Below, piece after piece: positions 18,456-26,872 of a DNA stretch of 60,104 nucleotides; the stretch's first letter is position 1, and the number at the start of each line of letters is the position of its first letter. Source of the DNA: Selenomonadaceae bacterium (lineage in GTDB: Bacteria; Bacillota; Negativicutes; Selenomonadales; Selenomonadaceae); the NCBI GenBank assembly GCA_017554285.1, contig JAFZIQ010000149.1, positions 1 through 60,104 of the forward strand, read 5' to 3'. A model generated the notes under the pieces. That model searched no databases, was not told the origin of the DNA, and saw only the letters and a program-made list of their open reading frames with translations. A program made the position numbers and the translations under genes.

Positions 18456-19760
18456 ATGTCATTGGAAGCAAAGGTCGGAGCGTTCACGGTCGGCGGGCTT
18501 ATGCTCTTGGGCGGCGCGACGGCAGGACTGGGAAATTTTGATTTCGGGACAAATGAAGATTACGTTTTATATGCGGGCTTTAAGCAGGTAGTCGGACTTA
18601 TGCCGCAATCGGACGTTCGATTGAGCGGCGTTTTGGTCGGCAAAGTCGTAAAAATTGCCAATGACGGCACGGGCGTAACCGTCACTATGGAAGTTGATTC
18701 CAATGTTAAAATCCCGAAGGAATCCAGAGTTTCAATAGCCTCAAGCGGCGTCATGGGCGAAAAATTCATAAACTTTCAACCCAAAGTCGATAACGGCGAA
18801 TATCTTGAGAACGGAACCTATTTATACGGCGCGGAAGAAGCCGGAATGGATCAAATGTTCGACGGTCTGGTTAAAGTTATGACTAAGGTTGAGGATTTAT
18901 TAAAGGACGTTCAAGCGATTATCGGCGACGATACTTTTAAAAAATCTGTCGTCGAAATGAGCAACAATATGAGTGAGGCAACCGCGAATATAAATGAAAT
19001 GACAGGCTCGTTTAAAAAAGTCGCCAAAGATAACGAGGCAGTTTTTGATGATATGGTTCATCAAATGAACAGCGCGATTGCCGGCATGAATCAAACTATG
19101 GCAAATATCGAACACATGACGGCTAATATCGATAAATTTGCGGGCGACCCCAAAACGGCTGAGGATTTAAAGTTCACACTCGATAATATTTCCAAAACTT
19201 CAGCGAGCGTGGCGAGTATGGCTGACAACATGAATAAATTCGCCGGCGATCCGAAAGTTGCCGAAGACTTAAAGGCGACCGTCAGTAATGCCCGCAGTAT
19301 AACCGAACGCGCCGATAAAATGTTGGGCAAAGTTGAAGGTGCAACCGACGGCATTTCAAAGATTGACGTAACACCTTCGATTGATATACTATACAGCGGC
19401 AGTGCTCATGATTGGAACGCAAATTTAAATTTGGACGTGGCAAGCGGCGATAAATCTTTGGTACTGGGCGCGGAGGACATCGGCGATAATACCAAATTAA
19501 ATCTGCAGGGCAGTAAAAAATTCGGCAAGGATTTTGGAGCACGTGCGGGAATTATCGCAGGCAAACCGGGTATCGGACTCGACGCCTTCGCGGGCAGTAA
19601 ATGGAAATTTTCCGCAGAGGCTTACGACCTCAATGAAGGCAAAATCCGTTTGAAATCTCAATACAAAGTTCACGACTCAACATATATTTTGGGCGAATGG
19701 CACAGCGTCAACAGGAATGACGAACGCGCCGTTTATTTCGGACTCAAACAGGAGTTTTGA
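18456..19760 (+). CDS. mlaD: MCE-domain protein MlaD with a long helical and beta-rich C-terminal extension
   Basis: N-terminal TM and an MCE domain (SGVLVGKVVKIANDG...). This is followed by ~200 aa of repetitive helical sequence (FAGDPKTAEDLK / FAGDPKVAEDLK) and a C-terminal alternating beta-like segment ending GLKQEF. Confidence 0.8.
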   Translation: MSLEAKVGAFTVGGLMLLGGATAGLGNFDFGTNEDYVLYAGFKQVVGLMPQSDVRLSGVLVGKVVKIANDGTGVTVTMEVDSNVKIPKESRVSIASSGVMGEKFINFQPKVDNGEYLENGTYLYGAEEAGMDQMFDGLVKVMTKVEDLLKDVQAIIGDDTFKKSVVEMSNNMSEATANINEMTGSFKKVAKDNEAVFDDMVHQMNSAIAGMNQTMANIEHMTANIDKFAGDPKTAEDLKFTLDNISKTSASVASMADNMNKFAGDPKVAEDLKATVSNARSITERADKMLGKVEGATDGISKIDVTPSIDILYSGSAHDWNANLNLDVASGDKSLVLGAEDIGDNTKLNLQGSKKFGKDFGARAGIIAGKPGIGLDAFAGSKWKFSAEAYDLNEGKIRLKSQYKVHDSTYILGEWHSVNRNDERAVYFGLKQEF

Positions 19761-19761
19761 T

Positions 19762-20763
19762 ATGAAAAAATTTTTAATGCTAATCTGCGCGGCGATGATT
19801 TTTTTAACGGGTTGCGGTAATGAATCGCCTGCAGCAGTTACTACGGAAAAAGTTTTAACCGCTAATGATACTTTAACTTTGACTTACGAAGGAAAAATTG
19901 CGGCAAGTGATTCGACAGAAATTATGTCGCCTGTTTTCGGCAATCTTATGGAGAAATACGTTGAAGACGGCTCCGACGTGACGGAAGGGCAAATGCTTTT
20001 TAAAGTCTGTGACTTCGGTCCTTATGCAGACCTTTTGCAAATCAAAGTAGAACTCGCTGAGGATATGACGAATTTGCCTAAAGCAATGTCCGACCTTCAA
20101 AACGCCGAAAAAAATTTTTCCGCGCAGGAAATCGCCGATAAAAAAGCCGCTGTCGAGAATCTTCAAGCCGATATAACCAAACACCAAGAAATTATTAAGC
20201 AAATGGAAAGTACTATGGTAAAAGGAATTATTTATGCACCGAAATCGGGGCGGCTCGAAGCGGTTGATGCTCAACTCGGATTGTTCGTCGTTGAAAATGA
20301 AACGGTTATCGCCACTGTTGGGAATATTAATCCGGTCGTCGTGAACTTTGAACTTTCCGAAGCCGAATCGAAAATCCTCGCGGCAAATGATAACTTGAAA
20401 ATTTCTCTGAAACTGAGCGACGGCACAATTTATCCTCATGAGGGCACTTTCAAAGACGGCTTAATTTTTTTTGCCAATCCCGATGAAAATTTGGCTCTCG
20501 GCTCAACCGCGCAGATTGTGATTGACGGCGTTAAGATTTCAAACGGATTGTTCGTTCCGGAAAATGTTATTCAAAACGGCGAGACAGGAACTTTTGTTTA
20601 CGTCGCTGACAATAAAAAAGCCGCCGTAAGAAAAATAGAACTCGGCGATAAAATCGGGAATTATTTTGTTGTAAAGACCGGCTTGAAGGCAGACGATTCG
20701 ATTATCAAGGATGGTTTTGAAAATCTGCGCGAAGGCGTATCGCTGAACGTGGACGATAAATAA
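19762..20763 (+). CDS. Efflux membrane-fusion (HlyD/RND adaptor family) lipoprotein
   Basis: ATG 19762 gives MKKFLMLICAAMIFLTGC, a lipobox. It has a biotinyl-lipoyl-like region plus a coiled-coil hairpin, and is followed by tolC. The ORF-track start 19717 overlaps mlaD. Confidence 0.75.
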   Translation: MKKFLMLICAAMIFLTGCGNESPAAVTTEKVLTANDTLTLTYEGKIAASDSTEIMSPVFGNLMEKYVEDGSDVTEGQMLFKVCDFGPYADLLQIKVELAEDMTNLPKAMSDLQNAEKNFSAQEIADKKAAVENLQADITKHQEIIKQMESTMVKGIIYAPKSGRLEAVDAQLGLFVVENETVIATVGNINPVVVNFELSEAESKILAANDNLKISLKLSDGTIYPHEGTFKDGLIFFANPDENLALGSTAQIVIDGVKISNGLFVPENVIQNGETGTFVYVADNKKAAVRKIELGDKIGNYFVVKTGLKADDSIIKDGFENLREGVSLNVDDK

Positions 20764-20779
20764 ATTGGAGGAGATTAAA

Positions 20780-22279
20780 ATGAAAATTTCCAATCGTATC
20801 AAGAAACATTTTCGCAGGAAATTGGCATCGGCAATCGCTGCAGGCATGATGACTTTTTCAATCGGACTCGGTTCGGCGAATGCGGCTGATGTCATCAATA
20901 TCACGCTCGACGAAACGATTCAACGCGCCTTTGAAAACAATCGCACGATTAAAGAATCGGTTGCCGACCGCGAAAGTGCTTTTTGGGGTTTAAGGGAGGC
21001 TCGCCGTCAAGCCAATCCGCAAGTTACTTGGAGCTACAGCGGCAACAGACGCGGCGGCTCGTATTACGGCGGTACAAGTAATTCCTTTGCAAACAGCGGC
21101 TCCGTCAGTATGCCGATTTATCAAGGCGGCAGATTAAAAGAAGGTCGCAAATCGGCTCGCTACGCCTTAAGTGCGGCTGACCTTGCGTTGGAAAATACCA
21201 TGCAGACCGTTCGCCTTCAATCGACCGTTTATTATTTCAACGTCCTGCAGTACAGAAATTTAATCGAAGTCTACGAAGAAGAAGTTGTAACTTTGCAGGA
21301 GCATTTGCGCAACGTTAATGCTCAATTTCGCGTCGGTACCGTTGCCAAGGTCGACGTGTTGGAGTCGCAAGTTGAGTTGGCTAACGCCATGCAAAATCTT
21401 GTTAATATTCAAAACAGCTACGACGTTGCCGTTGCCAATTTGAATAATTATATTGGCTTGCCCGCCGACACAGTTATTCGTCCGCAAGATACATTGACTT
21501 ACAGACCTTATAATTCGTCTTTGGGCGATTGCACGGCTTATGCCCTCGAAAATCGTCCCGACGCCGCCATTGCCGATTACACCGTCAAACGCGCCGAATC
21601 AGCAAAAAAATCTGCTAAAGCTAATTGGCTCCCCAGCGTCAATGCCGAGATTACTAAGGAAATTGATAACAAAGACCCTTTCTGGCATAAAACCAGCGAC
21701 CGTTGGACGGCAGGCGTTTCTGCCTCGTGGAAAATTTTTGACGGCGGCATAACCAGAGCGCAAGTCAATCAAGCAGACGCGGCTTTGACCAAAGCGCAGG
21801 AAGAGGCGGCTCAAACTCGCGAACAAATTCAACTCGACGTTCAATCCGCTTATCTCCAACTCCATGCGGCTGAAAAAAATATCGCCACAACTCAAGCCTC
21901 CGTTGCACTTGCAGAGGAAAATTATAAAATCGCGCAGGTTCGTTATGCGGCGGGCGTCGGCACCAACTTAGACGTTATGGACGCCTCGCGCAAATTGACT
22001 GAGGCTCGTTCAAATTATTTCACCGCGCTTTACAACTACAATTCCGCCAAAGCAAGCCTTGACAGAGCAATGGGCGTTCCCGTTGAAATCGACGTTGTTC
22101 GCTATGTCGAATCGGAAGAAGAAGGCAAGACTGCTACCGAATCACGCGAAGATTCTGCCTTGACTGCTGATGCGGCTGAAGTTCCCGAAACGGGAGAAGT
22201 TGCGCCTGTCGTCCTTATAGATTTTGAAAATGATTCGCTTACGCCTTCCGAAGTTGCAGACCGCGAGAAAGCTTTTTGA
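20780..22279 (+). CDS. tolC: TolC-family outer-membrane channel
   Basis: Signal peptide ending SANA, and two OEP repeats (e.g. LDETIQRAFENNRTIKE, YNYNSAKASLDRAMG). Acidic C-terminal tail. ATG 20780 lies behind a GGAGGA SD. Confidence 0.85.
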   Translation: MKISNRIKKHFRRKLASAIAAGMMTFSIGLGSANAADVINITLDETIQRAFENNRTIKESVADRESAFWGLREARRQANPQVTWSYSGNRRGGSYYGGTSNSFANSGSVSMPIYQGGRLKEGRKSARYALSAADLALENTMQTVRLQSTVYYFNVLQYRNLIEVYEEEVVTLQEHLRNVNAQFRVGTVAKVDVLESQVELANAMQNLVNIQNSYDVAVANLNNYIGLPADTVIRPQDTLTYRPYNSSLGDCTAYALENRPDAAIADYTVKRAESAKKSAKANWLPSVNAEITKEIDNKDPFWHKTSDRWTAGVSASWKIFDGGITRAQVNQADAALTKAQEEAAQTREQIQLDVQSAYLQLHAAEKNIATTQASVALAEENYKIAQVRYAAGVGTNLDVMDASRKLTEARSNYFTALYNYNSAKASLDRAMGVPVEIDVVRYVESEEEGKTATESREDSALTADAAEVPETGEVAPVVLIDFENDSLTPSEVADREKAF

Positions 22280-22284
22280 GTAAA

Positions 22285-22375
22285 GTGGTCAGTGGAAAGT
22301 GAAAAGGGGTAAGGGGGAAGGAATCAGGTTTTAGGTTTTAATAATTCCTAATTCCTAATTCCCAATTCCTAATTC
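22285..22375. repeat. Long inverted heptamer array between tolC and tamB
   Basis: GTGGTCA GTGGAAA GTGAAAA GGGGTAA GGGGGAA GGAATCA GGTTTTA GGTTTTA, then ATAATTCC TAATTCC TAATTCC CAATTCC TAATTC, immediately followed by TTTGAAAGGAGC (the SD of tamB). Confidence 0.8.
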
Positions 22376-22395
22376 TTTGAAAGGAGCTGTTCGCC

Positions 22396-25300
22396 GTGTG
22401 GAAAGTTTTAAAAATTCTTGGCGGCGCGTTGATTATCCTTGCGCTGGGCGGCGGACTTTACATAAATTCAAAGCGCACAGAGATTATAGAAAATGCTTTG
22501 GCGACGGTCGAAGAGACTGCCTCCAAAGCTTTGGGCGTCCCCGTTAAAATCGGCAATGTCGATTTGGATAAAATAAATCTTTTGGAGCTTGATAAAAACA
22601 GTGATATAGTCATTCATGACATTGAAATTTTCGATAAAAATTCCGAGCTGATTGCCAAAGTCGATAAGGCGGAAGTTAATTTTAAATTGCTGGCTCTGCG
22701 CGACGACCCTGTTGCCGCCCTCGATGAAATCAAACTTGACGGCGCATTACTCAATCTCAAAAAGCGCGACGAAAATTCTTGGAACGTAAACGACATTAAA
22801 CTTGAGAGTGAAGGCGAATCGACTTTTGACGCCAAAATTTCTCTGGAGCGCGGCACGATTAATGCCGATTTCGACGGTAAAAAAATTTCTGTCGAAGAAA
22901 TTTCCGGCGAAGCCGATTGCGCAAATATGAATGCCATAGAAACTAAAATCAACGCAAAAACTTTAGGAGCGCAGATTAATGCGACGGGAACTTTGGGCAA
23001 GGAACAACAAGTTATCAATGCCAAAGTCGACAATATTTTTTTTGATAAAGTCCTGCCCTTTTTGCCCGAAGATAAAATTCCCGAAGGCGTAGAAATTCTG
23101 CGCGGCTCGGCTGAAAAGACTTCAATTCATCTCCTTCGCAAGGGCGACGCCTTAAGTTATCTCGGCTCGACTGTGGTTAAAGGCGCGGCAGTCAAAGTTG
23201 AAAAAACTGACGTTGAAAATATTTTCGGCACAGTCACTTTTAACGAAAACGAAATTATTATTGACGGCTCGGCAACGGCTAACGGACAACACGCGGCGGC
23301 AAGCGGCAAAATTTATCTCGATACCGACGAAACTTTTTTTGACATATACGCCGAATCCGCCGGCTTTACGCCGTCAGCAATCATAAGCGACATTGGCATT
23401 AAAGGCGCGGCTGATGTTCGCGCTCATCTAATCGGAACCGCCAAAAATCCTCAAGTCAACGCCGATATTTATTCCGATTGGCTCGCCTACGAAAATTATT
23501 CCGCGCAGAATATTTCAACCAAACTCCGCTACGTCGGCGAAATGATTTATCTTAACGATACCAGCTTAAATATTTTGGGCGGCAACGTCACGGGCACAGC
23601 TGAAATCAGAACGTCCGACTTAACTTTTAATGCAAATGTCAAGGCGAACGGTCTCGACGCGGCTACTCTTTGCGACTTCGCAGGCTCCGAAAACGTTATC
23701 AACGGAATTATTTCTGCCGATTTGGGCATTAACGGCGGCGGCGATAAGCCCGTAAAAGTTTACGGCAACGCTAAGGCGAACACTCTTGACTTTGAAGATT
23801 TCCGAATCAATGAGGCGAATGCGTCTTTTTATTTTGCGGAAAACAACTTGACGATTGACTATCTCAGCGCGAATCTCCCGAATAACGGCACACTCGGACT
23901 TGAAGGCAAAATTACCGATATGAGCAATCTCGCTTTGAATTTTTACGGGGCGCATGTTGATATGGCAATCGCCAAAAAATTTAATTCCGCACTCGACTTA
24001 AGCGGCTTGGCTGACTTTAAAGGCGCGGTTATCGGCGACGCCTCAAATCCCAATGTAACTTTGGAACTCTCCGCAGTCGACCGCTCTGAAGACAGCGAAC
24101 ATTTTATCGGAAAAATTTTTAAGCAACCCTATGATTCAATTCGTCTTATGGTGTCGGGCAGTCTCGACGGCGTTCATATAGACGATTTTGTGCTCGAAAA
24201 AGACGGCGATATTAAATGGAAAGTTATTGAGGGCAAAGTCGGCTTGACGGGCAATAAGAATGTCAATATTCAGCTCGATACAACCGAAGTCCGCGCAGAA
24301 GATATAGCCGCTCTCGTCGCGCCCGACCAAGAAATTACGGGCAACGTTACAAATACCGTCAAAATCACCGGCACTATCGACAATCCGCAAGTCGCCGGCA
24401 ATATCAAATTTAATCGCGGCAGTTATCGCGGCGTTCTGCTGAGCGGCATGACGGGCGATTATTTTTTGGACGGAGATATTGTCCGCCTGCAAGATTTTGA
24501 GATAACCTCGCCTATGGTCGACATGATTTTAAACGGCACCATCAATAAAAATACGCAGGTTATGGATTTTGTCGTCGAAGGTAAGGATATTAATCTGCAA
24601 CGTTTCAAGAGCAAACTCCCCGAAAAATATAACGCCGAAGGGCACATAAAATTTGAAGGACTTATAAAAGGAACGCCCGACATTCCGATTTTTGAAGGCG
24701 AACTTACTTCGGACGAAATTCTTTTGAACGGAATCGCATTGACGAATGTTTACGGGCATGTTGAAACTAACGGCGCAAATGTTTATCTGACTGATTTTCA
24801 TTTAAGAGACGGCGACGCAAATTGTCAAATGATGTTAAGCATGAATCTCGATAGTGAAACGGTAAGCGGCGAAGCCGAAGTTACCGACGCCAATATTGCG
24901 AACATGTTCACCATTGCCGACGTTAATAACGAACTCCTCGACGGCAAACTTAACAGCAAAATCCTAATCGGCGGCACTCTTACAAAACTTCACGGCTCAT
25001 TGGAAGGAGATATTCCTCAAGGAACTTTTGCGGGCTACGATATTCACGATATAAAAGTCGCGATTAATTTGCTCAATAACAGCGTCTATATCAATCAGCT
25101 CGAAGGCAAGCAGGGCGATAAAGGGACGATTAATATGCACGGCTCGGCTAATCTCAACGGTCCTCTCGATATGACTTTGACGGCAAAAGATTTGGAGCTT
25201 GGAATTTTCAGCAAAGCGGCTGGCTTGGATTTGGAAATGGTCGGCACGTCGAATATAGTCGCGAAACTCGGCGGCACAATCTACGATCCGTTTGGCGAAT

Positions 25301-26784
25301 TGCTTTTGACGGCGACAGGCAATATAAAAGGTTCGACTTTCGATTTATTGCACGGGCATTTTCTGTTAAAGGATTGGCGCGTCAACGTGGAGGAATTGAC
25401 TGTTCAGCGCGAACTTGCAGGCAAAACTTACGGCGCGAGTATGGAAGGATTTATTCCGCTTAAGGCATTGCTTGCCCGCTCCAAAGAGAATTTGCCCGAT
25501 AATGAACAGCTGAACTTGACGGTTTCATTGGACGGCGCAGATTTAAGTTTGTTGCCCGTTATGAATAAGATGATTAAATTCGGCGTCGGCGAATTGGGCG
25601 GCTCGGTTAAAATCACGGGCACGGCGGCGCATCCGCAATTCAACGGGCAAATCGCAATGAATGACGGCTCAATTAAACTTAAGGGCATGAAGAGTTTGAT
25701 TGAACACATAAACGTTTCCATGCTTTTCAAGGGCGAACGCTTTGACATAGAAAATTTTTCGGGCAATATCGGTTCGGGAACGTTTGCGCTGACGGGCGGA
25801 TTTAATTTTCCCGGTTTGGAGTTCCAAGATTATAATTTCGATTTTGCGGCGAATGCTCTTGATATTGACAGCGATTATTTTGACGGAATTTTTAACGCGA
25901 ATTTTAATTTCAGTGAGGCTAAACTTCGTAAGTGGACAATGCCTAAACTTTCGGGGCAAATTAATTTGGATAAATGCCGAATAAGTGTCCCGACGATTCC
26001 CGATTCCGACGACCCGCTCCCCGATATTCTTTTGGACGTGGGATTGAATCTCGGCGAAAAAGTTCATTTTTACAGCTCGCACCTTTACGATATGTATTTT
26101 ACGGGCAATGCGAATTTTGAAGGCACAACGCTTCACCCCAAAACGTCGGGCACAATTAACGTTAAGCGCGGCGGTACCTTGACTTATCTTGAAACAGTGT
26201 TTAATATTCGTGAATGCGAAGTTTATTTTAATCAGATAGATTCTTTCCTGCCGACGTTGCGTTTCGCCGCCGATACCAAGATTTCAAATGTAAAAATTTT
26301 CTTGAATGCTCACGGACAACCGGGAAATATGGAATTTAAATTGACTTCCAGCCCCGAAATGACTCAAGAAGAAATTGCAAAATTGCTTACGTTGCGCGAG
26401 GCTTATTCCAGAGGCGGCGAAGTAACTTTGACAACGGAAGATGCTTTGGCAATCGGCTTGCAAATGACATTGCTCGGCGACCTTGAGGACGCTTTAAAGA
26501 AAACTCTCGGCATAGACCAATTCACGGTTTCGAGGGGTTCGGGTTCCATGTTCGAGAGACATACGACGGGCGAACAGAGTAAAGGCGACCGCGATAAAGA
26601 TTATAACGTCAAAATCGGCAAGTACATTAATGATAAGCTCATGTTGAGATACACTCGCGGTTTCGGCAGTCATAAAGTCAATCGTTACGGCATTCAATAT
26701 GATTTCAATGATAATTTAGGTTTTACGATAGAGCGCGAAGGCAAAGATTACATCTTCAGCATTGAGGCGCGATATAAATTTTAG
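22396..26784 (+). CDS. tamB: TamB/AsmA-like translocation and assembly module protein
   Basis: 1462 aa with an N-terminal TM anchor, a long repetitive beta-rich body and a C-terminal DUF490-like end finishing ...IEARYKF. Sits directly upstream of bamA. Confidence 0.8.
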   Translation: MWKVLKILGGALIILALGGGLYINSKRTEIIENALATVEETASKALGVPVKIGNVDLDKINLLELDKNSDIVIHDIEIFDKNSELIAKVDKAEVNFKLLALRDDPVAALDEIKLDGALLNLKKRDENSWNVNDIKLESEGESTFDAKISLERGTINADFDGKKISVEEISGEADCANMNAIETKINAKTLGAQINATGTLGKEQQVINAKVDNIFFDKVLPFLPEDKIPEGVEILRGSAEKTSIHLLRKGDALSYLGSTVVKGAAVKVEKTDVENIFGTVTFNENEIIIDGSATANGQHAAASGKIYLDTDETFFDIYAESAGFTPSAIISDIGIKGAADVRAHLIGTAKNPQVNADIYSDWLAYENYSAQNISTKLRYVGEMIYLNDTSLNILGGNVTGTAEIRTSDLTFNANVKANGLDAATLCDFAGSENVINGIISADLGINGGGDKPVKVYGNAKANTLDFEDFRINEANASFYFAENNLTIDYLSANLPNNGTLGLEGKITDMSNLALNFYGAHVDMAIAKKFNSALDLSGLADFKGAVIGDASNPNVTLELSAVDRSEDSEHFIGKIFKQPYDSIRLMVSGSLDGVHIDDFVLEKDGDIKWKVIEGKVGLTGNKNVNIQLDTTEVRAEDIAALVAPDQEITGNVTNTVKITGTIDNPQVAGNIKFNRGSYRGVLLSGMTGDYFLDGDIVRLQDFEITSPMVDMILNGTINKNTQVMDFVVEGKDINLQRFKSKLPEKYNAEGHIKFEGLIKGTPDIPIFEGELTSDEILLNGIALTNVYGHVETNGANVYLTDFHLRDGDANCQMMLSMNLDSETVSGEAEVTDANIANMFTIADVNNELLDGKLNSKILIGGTLTKLHGSLEGDIPQGTFAGYDIHDIKVAINLLNNSVYINQLEGKQGDKGTINMHGSANLNGPLDMTLTAKDLELGIFSKAAGLDLEMVGTSNIVAKLGGTIYDPFGELLLTATGNIKGSTFDLLHGHFLLKDWRVNVEELTVQRELAGKTYGASMEGFIPLKALLARSKENLPDNEQLNLTVSLDGADLSLLPVMNKMIKFGVGELGGSVKITGTAAHPQFNGQIAMNDGSIKLKGMKSLIEHINVSMLFKGERFDIENFSGNIGSGTFALTGGFNFPGLEFQDYNFDFAANALDIDSDYFDGIFNANFNFSEAKLRKWTMPKLSGQINLDKCRISVPTIPDSDDPLPDILLDVGLNLGEKVHFYSSHLYDMYFTGNANFEGTTLHPKTSGTINVKRGGTLTYLETVFNIRECEVYFNQIDSFLPTLRFAADTKISNVKIFLNAHGQPGNMEFKLTSSPEMTQEEIAKLLTLREAYSRGGEVTLTTEDALAIGLQMTLLGDLEDALKKTLGIDQFTVSRGSGSMFERHTTGEQSKGDRDKDYNVKIGKYINDKLMLRYTRGFGSHKVNRYGIQYDFNDNLGFTIEREGKDYIFSIEARYKF

Positions 26785-26857
26785 GGACTAGGGATTAGGG
26801 AACAGGGATTAGGGATTAGAATTTCTGTTCCCCGTTCCCTTGTACCTGTTCCCTAAC
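26784..26857. repeat. Inverted heptamer-array hairpin between tamB and bamA
   Basis: GGGACTA GGGATTA GGGAACA GGGATTA GGGATTA, loop GAATTTC, then TGTTCCC CGTTCCC TTGTACC TGTTCCC TAAC, followed by TGTTAAAGGAGGA (the SD of bamA). Confidence 0.85.
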
Positions 26858-26872
26858 TGTTAAAGGAGGATT

